Assembly (NCBI GenBank): GCA_040377425.1
Contig: JBEIOU010000002.1
Span: 145,355 to 209,354, forward strand
Origin: Micavibrio sp.
GTDB taxonomy: Bacteria; Pseudomonadota; Alphaproteobacteria; Micavibrionales; UBA2020
Direction of reading: 5' to 3'
Length of the DNA stretch: 64,000 bases
Part shown: piece by piece, positions 1 to 7,774 of the stretch
Numbering within the stretch: the first letter of the stretch is position 1
Layout: the number at the start of each line of letters is the position of its first letter
Translations under genes and position numbers: made by a program
The notes under the pieces: model-generated
Told to the model about the DNA's origin: nothing
What the model saw: only the letters and a program-made list of their open reading frames with translations
The model's database searches: none

Positions 1-224
1 ATCCGTCCGCACAGACTAAAGTCGAAGCTGCGCTGGGCGATCTGACCCGCGGCATGCCGGCCGTGGTGAAAGACCACCTGATGGACGCGTTCAAGTACAG
101 AAACTCGGTACAGGGCGGCGCGGAAGATGCCAAGCCGGAACTGTCCCAGGTGCTGACCGATCCGTCGATCGAAATGTACTTCCCCAAATACGTTGTGAAA
201 AACAACAAACCGGGGCCGCGTTAA
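1..224 (+). CDS. hypothetical protein, 3' end (partial, runs off window start)
   Basis: Open frame from nt 3 to TAA 222-224 (...DPSIEMYFPKYVVKNNKPGPR*). Same strand as the next two ORFs. No recognisable domain. Confidence 0.45.
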   Translation, partial: PSAQTKVEAALGDLTRGMPAVVKDHLMDAFKYRNSVQGGAEDAKPELSQVLTDPSIEMYFPKYVVKNNKPGPR

Positions 225-261
225 TCTGCGGGGATAAACAGCCATACAGCCGGATAGACAT

Positions 262-570
262 ATGACCGAGACGTTAAAACAGGTGGGTGCCGCCGCGGCA
301 CAGCAAAATGCGATGGAGCGGGGAACGCGTTTCCTGCCCCATGGCAGCCGCCTGTTTACCGTGCCGGCCGGCTGGGAAGCAGATATGATCCGCCGTGACA
401 AAGGGGTTCTGTCCTGCGGCAGCATGCTGGAGCTGGAAGAGGCGATGCGCACCGAAGACGCGCCTGTCATTTTCATCCCGCATGATGCTATGCTGACGGA
501 TGCAGATATCGAAAAAATCTGCCAGCGCAACGGCATCACTAAAACACTTTTCAAAGAGGTGAGGACATGA
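262..570 (+). CDS. hypothetical protein (102 aa)
   Basis: ATG start. Stop overlaps the next start (ATGA at 567-570), suggesting translational coupling. No recognisable domain. Confidence 0.55.
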   Translation: MTETLKQVGAAAAQQNAMERGTRFLPHGSRLFTVPAGWEADMIRRDKGVLSCGSMLELEEAMRTEDAPVIFIPHDAMLTDADIEKICQRNGITKTLFKEVRT

Positions 571-2102
571 ACGGGGGACGTTACATCAAGCAGGCCATCA
601 TCGCCGCGCTTTGCGAACATCCGGATCACGAAAAGTATAAAACGCGCGCTTTTTCGGGCGAAAACCTTGAAAAAGTGATGCAGGCGCTGTCCGAACAGCG
701 CAACACGCTCACCAAGGAAGACTTCTTCACGCAAGATGACGAAGGCAAGTACCTGATCGATACCCCCGGCTTCTGGCGCAATTTCGACAAGGTACAGGCG
801 ATCCTGACCAAGTCGGGCGAGAAGTTCACGATGGACGATTTCCGCAAGCCCCTCGGCCCCACCGATGAATCGCGCAGCCTGCTGGATGGCGCGCGGCAGT
901 GGGGCGGCCTTGGTAAAATTTTCAGCCAGTCCGTATGGGAAGGCCGCTTCGATGAAATGGAACGTCTGTGGTACTACGTGCCCATGCCGTCCCGCCGCGA
1001 GCTGTTCCGCAACGATGGCAAGCTGGATCTGTCGCTGAAGCGTAACCTGCTGAATGCCGAAGGCCGCGAAATGCCGGAAGATCGTCTGGCCAAAGCCGGT
1101 CTGACGCCGCATGACATCACGCAAGCTTTCACCGCGAACGGCAATTACGAAGACGTCAACCGACGTCTTGCGCAAGCGGGCGATTACCTGCGCAAAGAAT
1201 ATCTGACGCTTCCCGATAAAGACGGCTACACGGTGTTCTACGAACAGGGCGCGTGGGATAAATACAACGATATTTCCAAACGCCTTGCATCGCATGGCGA
1301 GCAATTTGAAGCAGGCGATTTTATCCGCCAGATGGGCTACAGCGCCAACATGCTGACGCGTGCGTATGAACGCAACGGTCTACAGCATGTTTTCGCGCCC
1401 CAGCACTGGGTTGATCGTCTGCCGGAAATGACCGACCTGTGGTCGCGTGTGTTGCCGGGTTGGAAAACGGGCTCGATCACCGTGCGTGATTTCGATGCCT
1501 CCTATGCGGCAGCCGAAAGCCTGACCTACGGCAAGCTGGTCGACTTCAACCGTTTCGAAAGCAAGCAAGAACTGGTGCGTCCGCTGAACCCCGATGCCGC
1601 GCAAAGCGGTGCGGAAAAGCCTGTGCTGCCCATCGGCCTGAAAGCTTTCTGGGATAACATCGGCACGGTTCAGCAGAAACTGTCGAACATGAACGCCAAA
1701 CTGACGCTGACCGACCTGCGCCAGCAAAGCGGCGAGCTGGAAGACAGTTGCATGATTGCAGCGGTCAAATTCGGCCGCTTCGCCGAGGTACAGGAAATCG
1801 CACGCAAATCGGGCGAAAAAATCACCGTCAACGACTTCCTCACCAAAGATCGTCACGGTAACAGCATGCTGGATATTTTGTCGGAACGTAAAGAGCTTGG
1901 CCTTGTATTCCAGCCCGAAAACTGGGCAGGCCGTTTGGGCGAAATGAAGAGCCTGTGGACGCAAGTCCGCGTGACGGAGCGTGCGCAGGTTGATTTCGAT
2001 CAAGTCGAAGTCGCCGCACAGCAAGCAACGCTGCGCCAGAAAGTCGGCGAAGATTTCAACTTCAAACTCAAACCGCGTAAACCGGGTGGCGGCAAACCGT
2101 AA
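567..2102 (+). CDS. hypothetical repeat protein (511 aa) with three copies of an [IV]F-x4-W-x2-R-[FL]-x-EM-x2-LW-x2-V motif
   Basis: ATG start. The motif occurs at aa 118-138, 275-295 and 447-467 with identical spacing. Each copy is preceded by a G-E-[KQ]-[FI]-x-x-x-DF element. Followed by a strong terminator. Confidence 0.75.
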   Translation: MNGGRYIKQAIIAALCEHPDHEKYKTRAFSGENLEKVMQALSEQRNTLTKEDFFTQDDEGKYLIDTPGFWRNFDKVQAILTKSGEKFTMDDFRKPLGPTDESRSLLDGARQWGGLGKIFSQSVWEGRFDEMERLWYYVPMPSRRELFRNDGKLDLSLKRNLLNAEGREMPEDRLAKAGLTPHDITQAFTANGNYEDVNRRLAQAGDYLRKEYLTLPDKDGYTVFYEQGAWDKYNDISKRLASHGEQFEAGDFIRQMGYSANMLTRAYERNGLQHVFAPQHWVDRLPEMTDLWSRVLPGWKTGSITVRDFDASYAAAESLTYGKLVDFNRFESKQELVRPLNPDAAQSGAEKPVLPIGLKAFWDNIGTVQQKLSNMNAKLTLTDLRQQSGELEDSCMIAAVKFGRFAEVQEIARKSGEKITVNDFLTKDRHGNSMLDILSERKELGLVFQPENWAGRLGEMKSLWTQVRVTERAQVDFDQVEVAAQQATLRQKVGEDFNFKLKPRKPGGGKP

Positions 2103-2120
2103 CCCCGCTGCACGAAAAAA

Positions 2121-2156
2121 CAAAAAGCCGCACGGATGACTGTGCGGCTTTTTTTG
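2121..2156. terminator. bidirectional intrinsic terminator
   Basis: AAAAAGCCGCAC-GGATGACT-GTGCGGCTTTTTTT: 8-bp GC stem flanked by an A-run and a T-run, between convergent genes. Confidence 0.75.
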
Positions 2157-2173
2157 TTTGTGCGTTTTATTTT

Positions 2174-3010
2174 TTACGGTGCGGGCGGTTTCTGCGTAGC
2201 CTGCGCACGCTTGGGGCTCAGGCACATATGCGGCGGTACTTGCAGGTCTTCGGCGTTGTAGCGCAGCGGGTTTCCGCCGATATCCTGTACTTTGCCGCCT
2301 GCGGCCTCGACAATTGCGTGCCCCGGCGCAACGTCCCAGAATTTGGTACGTCCGCCACGGTTAACGGGGTAGACGATGGAGGCGTCGGCGCTGCTTTCGG
2401 CCACCTGACACGCCCGCAGCACGCCGCTTTTGCTGTCAATGCGGGCGGCATCGCCGAATTGTTCGGATAGATATCCTTTTACCTTCGGCATATCGGCGCT
2501 GTATTCATTCACCAGCACGCGCAGGTTTGCATCAGGGGGCACCGCGGGCGGCATAAGAGGCACACGCGTACCATCCGGTTTGACTTCGGCCGCCGTGTTC
2601 GGCCCTGCGCCCACGTATAGTTTGTCGAGTGCCGGATGATACACAACGCCCATCACGGGTTTTCCGTCAATGATCAGCGCGATGGCCACAACGAAAGCGC
2701 CCGTGCGGTCTGCAAATTCTTTGGTGCCATCCAGCGGGTCAACGGCCCAGAATGTGCCGCCGGAGATATCGGGGATATTACCGGCCTCCACTGCTTCTTC
2801 GGATACGATGGGAATATCGGGCGTGAGCGCGGCCAATCGCGGCAGGATAATTTTCTCCGCCGCGTGATCGGCATCGGTGACAACGCTGCCGTCTTTTTTA
2901 ATATAGCTGCGGGTGTTTGGATCGTTGTAGTGCTGCATGATGACCGCGCCCGCATCACGCGCCAGCTGTTCGATCTGTGGGAGAAGGGCGGAGAGATCGG
3001 GTTTTGTCAT
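2174..3010 (-). CDS. cysQ: 3'(2'),5'-bisphosphate nucleotidase, inositol monophosphatase family (CysQ-like)
   Basis: IMPase motifs (SEE...; WAVDPLDGTKEF; WDVAPGHAIVEAAGG). ATG at 3010. Carries an extra C-terminal tail ...ATQKPPAP. Confidence 0.85.
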   Translation of the reverse strand: MTKPDLSALLPQIEQLARDAGAVIMQHYNDPNTRSYIKKDGSVVTDADHAAEKIILPRLAALTPDIPIVSEEAVEAGNIPDISGGTFWAVDPLDGTKEFADRTGAFVVAIALIIDGKPVMGVVYHPALDKLYVGAGPNTAAEVKPDGTRVPLMPPAVPPDANLRVLVNEYSADMPKVKGYLSEQFGDAARIDSKSGVLRACQVAESSADASIVYPVNRGGRTKFWDVAPGHAIVEAAGGKVQDIGGNPLRYNAEDLQVPPHMCLSPKRAQATQKPPAP

Positions 3011-3186
3011 GCGGGTTTTCTATATTTCCATAGTGTTAAAACGACAGCGGCGCGGATAGCGCCTATAGAGTATAAAAAATTCAACAAATCCGCGGAAGGG
3101 CAAATACCATATATTGACGCAGGCGAGCCGTATCCATATGCTGTAGCCATCGTCAAAATCATATACAAGCGAAGAGGGAGACCTCT

Positions 3187-3408
3187 ATGAAATCCGCCCT
3201 TAAACCGGCTCTTGAAAATCTCGACAAGGCGCTCGCACGCCTTGAAACCGCTGTCGACAAGCGCCTCAAAAGCGAAGTCCGCCAGAAGGCGGAGCCGCAG
3301 CTCGACCTGAGCGCGCGCAACGAGCGTGAAGTAAACCGCAAAATCGCCGCACGCCTTGACCAGACCATCAACCGTCTGGAAACGCTGCTGACCGACGAAG
3401 AAGAATAA
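3187..3408 (+). CDS. small coiled-coil protein (DUF4164-like) preceding zapA
   Basis: 73-aa charged helical sequence. Its position directly upstream of zapA is typical of alphaproteobacteria. Confidence 0.6.
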   Translation: MKSALKPALENLDKALARLETAVDKRLKSEVRQKAEPQLDLSARNEREVNRKIAARLDQTINRLETLLTDEEE

Positions 3409-3442
3409 GCGCCGACAAGGCAGAACCAAGGAAGAGATCATC

Positions 3443-3829
3443 ATGGCCGAAGTGAATATTTCCATTAACGGACGCATCCACGAAATCAGCTGCGATAACG
3501 GTCAGGAAGGCCGCGTGGTGGATCTGGCTTCGTATATCGATCAACGTTTGCAGCAAATCGCACGCAGTGGCGCGGCATACAACGATGCGCATTTGCTGGT
3601 GCTGACGGCACTGGTACTGGCCGATGAAATTTTTGATACACGCGAAAAACTGGCAGCGGCAACATCCGAAGCAGGTGCATCCAAAACCCGCAAAGACCAG
3701 CCCGTAGACGCAGCCCCTGTAACGCCCGCCGCTGCGGTATCCGCCGAAGAGGACAAGGCGCTGGCGCAATTGCTGGAAAAGCTGGTCAAACGTATCGACG
3801 GCATTGCCGCGCGCGTACAGGCCGCCTGA
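3443..3829 (+). CDS. zapA: cell division protein ZapA
   Basis: N-terminus MAEVNISINGRIHEISCDNGQEGRV... resembles ZapA. Sits in the zapA-ssrS-ygfA gene order. Confidence 0.75.
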   Translation: MAEVNISINGRIHEISCDNGQEGRVVDLASYIDQRLQQIARSGAAYNDAHLLVLTALVLADEIFDTREKLAAATSEAGASKTRKDQPVDAAPVTPAAAVSAEEDKALAQLLEKLVKRIDGIAARVQAA

Positions 3830-3904
3830 TAACGGATAGTTTTTTTAGACCCCCAAAGCGCTGAAATTGCCCGAAAATAACGGGTTTTTGTTATCCGCCC
3901 CTCC

Positions 3905-4135
3905 GTTTTGGCGCGGAAATCCGTGACATTTGTATTGTTTGCCCCTAGATTAAGCACCGGAAGGTCGCTGCAGCGGTCGCGTGAGACAGCACTATCCCAG
4001 AGGCCGATGCTTATTCGCCCGGGGGCTGTCCCTGACCGGATCGTGGTCCGGTCATATGGTTCCCACCTTGTTGTACAAGGGCCTAGCGGATATCCCCGTC
4101 CACGGCGCAGGTGGCACCTTCCACCTCATTTTTTT
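3905..4135 (+). ncRNA. ssrS: candidate 6S RNA (ssrS); boundaries approximate
   Basis: 360-nt non-coding gap between zapA and the 5-FTHF cyclo-ligase gene, which is the conserved ssrS position. Local hairpin TGACCGGA-TCGTGG-TCCGGTCA at 4033-4054. Possible closing pairing 3915-3923 with 4087-4095 (8 of 9). Hairpin plus T7 at 4109-4135. Not folded or searched computationally. Confidence 0.35.
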
Positions 4136-4189
4136 AACCTGTGCGGCGTTTTGTTTTTCTCGCGCCGTTTTTCTTGTGCCGGATATTCG

Positions 4190-4792
4190 ATGCATCTGGA
4201 TAAAAACAATTTTCGTCAGGCGGCGTTTAACCGCCGCATGTCGCTTCCACCTGATACGCGTGCGCAATGGTCTGCACAGATGGCCGCACGTTTTCTGGAT
4301 CACGTCGCGCTACCCCCCGCAGGCACGGTGATTTCCGGCTACATTCCTGTAAATAACGAAATCGATGTGATGCCGCTGATGGCAGAACTTGTCGCGCGCG
4401 GATACCGCTGCGCCGTGCCGTATAACATGGAGCGTGAACAGGTGCTGTCTTTTCTGGAGTGGACGCCCGATACGGTTTTGCAGCGCGGGCTTTATAATAT
4501 TCCCCAGCCTGATCCGGCCAAGGCCGAGGTGCTGGTGCCGAACCTGTTGATCGTGCCCATGGTGGCGTTCGATGCCGAATGCAGCCGCATCGGTTATGGC
4601 TCCGGCTATTTTGACCGTACCTTCGCCCATTTGGCGAAAATTCAAAAATTCCGTGCGATTGGTGTTGCGTTCGAAGCGCAGAAATACGACCGTGTGCCCG
4701 TTGACCGTTATGATTACCGTCTGGATGCGGTCATTACCGAAACGGCCATCTATGGCACCATCGCGCCGGCACAAGGAAAGCAAACTACATGA
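4190..4792 (+). CDS. 5-formyltetrahydrofolate cyclo-ligase
   Basis: MHLDKNNFRQ... to ...GYGSGYFDRTF motif. I trimmed the track ORF 3908..4792 to the ATG at 4190, because the upstream part covers the 6S slot and is not protein-like. Confidence 0.85.
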   Translation: MHLDKNNFRQAAFNRRMSLPPDTRAQWSAQMAARFLDHVALPPAGTVISGYIPVNNEIDVMPLMAELVARGYRCAVPYNMEREQVLSFLEWTPDTVLQRGLYNIPQPDPAKAEVLVPNLLIVPMVAFDAECSRIGYGSGYFDRTFAHLAKIQKFRAIGVAFEAQKYDRVPVDRYDYRLDAVITETAIYGTIAPAQGKQTT

Positions 4793-5610
4793 GAATACTG
4801 TTTTTGGGCGATATCGTCGGACGCGATGCGCGTGACGCTGTCACCAGCCGTCTGCCCGATATCCGCCGCGATTACAAACTGGATGCCGTGATCGTCAATG
4901 CCGAAAACGCCGCACATGGTTTTGGCGTCACGGCACAGATTTGCGACGATCTTTACAAAGCGGGCGTCGATTGTATCACCACCGGTAATCACGTCTGGGA
5001 CCAACGCGAAATTATGTCGTATATCGATAGCGCCCCGCGTTTGCTGCGCCCGATTAACTTCCCCGAAGGTACGCCCGGTCACGGGGCCAGTATCATCGAA
5101 ACCGCGCGCGGGCATAAAATATTGGTCGTCAATGCCATGGCACGTTTGTTTATGGATGCGATGGATGACCCGTTTGCGGCCATGGATAAACTATGCAAAA
5201 AATTCCGTCTGGGCAAAGACGTGCAGGCGATCTTCCTCGACTTCCACGGCGAGGCGACAAGCGAAAAAATGGCCATGGGGCATTTTCTGGATGGCCGCGC
5301 GTCATTCGTGATTGGTACACACACACATGTGCCCACGGCCGATACGCGTATCCTGCCCAAAGGCACAGGGTATCAGACCGACGCCGGTATGTGCGGCTGC
5401 TATGACAGCGTCATCGGTATGGATGCCAATATCGCGGTGCAGCGTTTTGTGCGCAAAATGCCTGGCGAAAAATTACGCCCTGCCGAGGGGCCTGTGACAT
5501 TGTCGGGCGTCATGTTCGATGTTGATCCGGCTACGGGGCTTTGCACGCAGGTCTCGCCTTTCCGTCTGGGCGGGCTGCTGATGCAGGCCTTGCCTGCCAC
5601 GCCACAATAA
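4789..5610 (+). CDS. YmdB-family metallophosphoesterase (TIGR00282, 2',3'-cyclic-nucleotide phosphodiesterase-like)
   Basis: MRILFLGDIVGR...NAENAAHGFG...GNHVWD motifs. ATGA overlap with the upstream gene. Confidence 0.9.
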   Translation: MRILFLGDIVGRDARDAVTSRLPDIRRDYKLDAVIVNAENAAHGFGVTAQICDDLYKAGVDCITTGNHVWDQREIMSYIDSAPRLLRPINFPEGTPGHGASIIETARGHKILVVNAMARLFMDAMDDPFAAMDKLCKKFRLGKDVQAIFLDFHGEATSEKMAMGHFLDGRASFVIGTHTHVPTADTRILPKGTGYQTDAGMCGCYDSVIGMDANIAVQRFVRKMPGEKLRPAEGPVTLSGVMFDVDPATGLCTQVSPFRLGGLLMQALPATPQ

Positions 5611-5643
5611 GATTACGATAGAATGATCACGGGAGAGAAAAAC

Positions 5644-6333
5644 ATGACCACAGTCAAACAGGCACCGATCGGCCGTTTTAAAATTTTTGCCGCCGCCTTG
5701 CTGGTATGCGGCGCGCTGACGGGCGGGTTTATGCTGAACGCAAACGGGCAGGGTGCCGATACTGTGTCGCCCGCGGGGCTGGCAGTGCATAAGCTTGTGA
5801 TTATCAAACAGGATGGTACGCGCGAAACCTTCCGCACTGAAATTGCACAGAAGCCGATTGATATTGAAATTGGCCTGATGCACCGCAAGCAGATGGACAG
5901 CGATGCCGGTATGCTTTTCTATTTTGGTGGCGGCGAAGGTGAGGTGAACTTCTGGATGAAAAATACGCTCATCCCCCTCGACATGCTTTTCATCCGGGGC
6001 GATGGCACGATTGTGCATCTTCATGAAAACGCCGTGCCGCAATCGCTCGAACGTATTCCGTCGCGCTTCCCTGTGGCGGCTGTGCTGGAATTGAATGGCG
6101 GTGAAATTGCCAAACGTGGTTTTAAAACCGGCGACAAAGTTGAACATCGCTTTTTCCAGGCTGCCGCGCCGCAGCCTGTGACAGATACTGCCGACCAACC
6201 CCTGCCGCCGGGCGAAGAGCCTGCGCCCGTGCCCGAAGCGCTGCCCGATACGCAGACGGAGAATAATGACGTCCCCTCCGTAATCGATGAACTGCAAAAG
6301 CCCGGGCTGGATTCGGAAACCGGCCAGCCCTAA
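5644..6333 (+). CDS. DUF192 domain protein with signal peptide/TM and acidic Pro-rich tail
   Basis: GMLFYF...FWMKNTLIPLDMLFI core is typical of DUF192. Start set at the ATG at 5644, behind SD GGGAGAG. Confidence 0.8.
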   Translation: MTTVKQAPIGRFKIFAAALLVCGALTGGFMLNANGQGADTVSPAGLAVHKLVIIKQDGTRETFRTEIAQKPIDIEIGLMHRKQMDSDAGMLFYFGGGEGEVNFWMKNTLIPLDMLFIRGDGTIVHLHENAVPQSLERIPSRFPVAAVLELNGGEIAKRGFKTGDKVEHRFFQAAAPQPVTDTADQPLPPGEEPAPVPEALPDTQTENNDVPSVIDELQKPGLDSETGQP

Positions 6334-6434
6334 GCGCGGCAGCGATCGGGTTTATCTGCCGCAATGCGGAAAAGACGCCGATAACCCTTTGCCGCCAAGG
6401 GGATACGTAGGTATTTGTAAGTGCATGAAATAGC

Positions 6435-6463
6435 TTGATTTTGCTTTGGCGCAGGTCTATAAA
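6435..6463 (+). promoter_or_regulatory. putative sigma70-type promoter for tRNA-Pro
   Basis: TTGATT, 17 nt, TATAAA. The -10 ends 17 nt before the tRNA 5' end. Confidence 0.35.
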
Positions 6464-6480
6464 AGGCCTGCCAAGAAAAA

Positions 6481-6557
6481 CGGAGTGTAGCGCAGTCCGG
6501 TAGCGCGCCTGTTTTGGGAGCAGGATGTCGGGGGTTCAAATCCCTCCACTCCGACCA
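6481..6557 (+). tRNA. tRNA-Pro (anticodon UGG)
   Basis: Cloverleaf read by eye: acceptor CGGAGTG/CACTCCG, anticodon loop TTTGGGA, T-arm GGGGGTTCAAATCCCTC, encoded CCA. Confidence 0.95.
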
Positions 6558-6591
6558 TTTTTCAAAAGCGAAACAAAGAATAGGTACGATC

Positions 6592-6894
6592 ATGAAAGCC
6601 AGGATTTACAAGCCTGCAAAGAACACCATGCAATCCGGCCGCGCAGGTACTGCGCAATGGGTGCTGGAATACGAACTGGAAACACCGCGCCGCCCCGAGC
6701 CTCTGATGGGCTGGACCTCTGCGGGTGATACGCTCAATCAGGTACGCATGAAATTTTCCAGCAAGGAAGCGGCGATTGCTTTCGCCGAAAGCCATAGCAT
6801 GGAATATGCCGTTGCGCCTGAACCGCGCCGCGCTGTTACGCCGCGCAGCTATCTCGACAATTTCAAATACCGCCCGGCCGAAGAAGAAGCCTGA
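6592..6894 (+). CDS. ETC complex I subunit conserved-region protein (NDUFS4-like)
   Basis: MKARIYKPAKNTMQSGRA...PLMGWTSAGDT... is typical of this family. Start trimmed to the ATG at 6592, because the longer ORF overlaps tRNA-Pro. Confidence 0.85.
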   Translation: MKARIYKPAKNTMQSGRAGTAQWVLEYELETPRRPEPLMGWTSAGDTLNQVRMKFSSKEAAIAFAESHSMEYAVAPEPRRAVTPRSYLDNFKYRPAEEEA

Positions 6895-6903
6895 TAAAGC
6901 CCT

Positions 6904-7389
6904 TTACGGCGCAGGTGGTTTTTGCGGCGGCTTCGGTTTGTCCGCAGCCTTTGCGTTGCCCTGCGGTTTTGCAGGCGCAAGGCTGCTGCTGATATCCGGT
7001 TTGCTTTCGAGCGTTTTGTGAATGGGGCATTTGTTGGCGATTTCCAGCAGGCGCTGCCGCTGCGTATCGTCGAGGTTCCCCTCCAGCGTAATTTCCCGCG
7101 TAATCATATCGCGCTTGATGTTGTCTGCGCCCGTTTCCTTGCGGTGGGACAGCTCGACCGTGACGCCTTCCAGCGGCCATTTTTTCTGGTTCGCGTACAT
7201 GCGGATGGTCATGGCCGTGCAACTGCCCAGTGCCGCCAGCAGCATATCATAAGGGGCAGGGCCGCTATCCAGCCCGCCCATGCTTTCCGGCTCGTCTGCC
7301 ACAAATACGTGGCTGCCGGCGGTGACTTGCTGGGTATAGGCGCCGTCGCCGGTTTCGCGCACGGTCACTTTCGTCGGTTGATGGGCCAC
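6904..7389 (-). CDS. OsmC family peroxiredoxin-like protein with Lys/Pro-rich C-terminal tail
   Basis: OsmC core ([24 protein letters not shown]...CPIHKTL). Start set at the GTG at 7389, behind SD AAAGGAG; the track ORF extends to 7599, abutting tRNA-Asn. Tail ends ...PPQKPPAP. Confidence 0.8.
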   Translation of the reverse strand: MAHQPTKVTVRETGDGAYTQQVTAGSHVFVADEPESMGGLDSGPAPYDMLLAALGSCTAMTIRMYANQKKWPLEGVTVELSHRKETGADNIKRDMITREITLEGNLDDTQRQRLLEIANKCPIHKTLESKPDISSSLAPAKPQGNAKAADKPKPPQKPPAP

Positions 7390-7602
7390 GGGCGGCTCCT
7401 TTCGCCTAAAGGGGATATTTACCGACTCTACGCCGCAAACGCCCAAATCGGCAAGCGCGGAAGCATTTTGAACGTCTGTGCCGTTTAGATGCCGACAATA
7501 AAACAAGGACTTAGCAGGTATAGGCGGCGAAAAAGAGCAATTTTTCGGCAATTGGTGCTTGCTAAAATCTGCAAATTTGGTAAAAAAACTCCACCACAAT
7601 GT

Positions 7603-7677
7603 TCCCTGGTAGCTCAGTGGTAGAGCAAGCGACTGTTAATCGCTTGGCCGTAAGTTCGAACCTTACCCAGGGAGCCA
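7603..7677 (+). tRNA. tRNA-Asn (anticodon GUU)
   Basis: Acceptor TCCCTGG/CCAGGGA, anticodon loop CTGTTAA, T-arm GTTCGAACC, encoded CCA. Confidence 0.95.
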
Positions 7678-7774
7678 TTTTTCTTTTCACGCCATCCTAT
7701 ACATATCCGCTCTGCAACTTGCAGGGGGCCTGAACCTGTGCGTTAATATTCCCGTGACTGCGGGAGGGGAATGC

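Noticed and set aside
3908-4189. 5' extension of track ORF 3908..4792 (294 aa).
   Set aside because: The first 94 residues are Arg/Pro/Ser-rich and not protein-like. They cover the expected 6S RNA slot and include a terminator-like hairpin. The cyclo-ligase homology begins at the ATG at 4190.
7390-7599. 5' extension of the OsmC ORF (231 aa version).
   Set aside because: There is no homology in the extension, and it runs right up to tRNA-Asn. A GTG at 7389 with SD AAAGGAG gives a normal-length OsmC protein.
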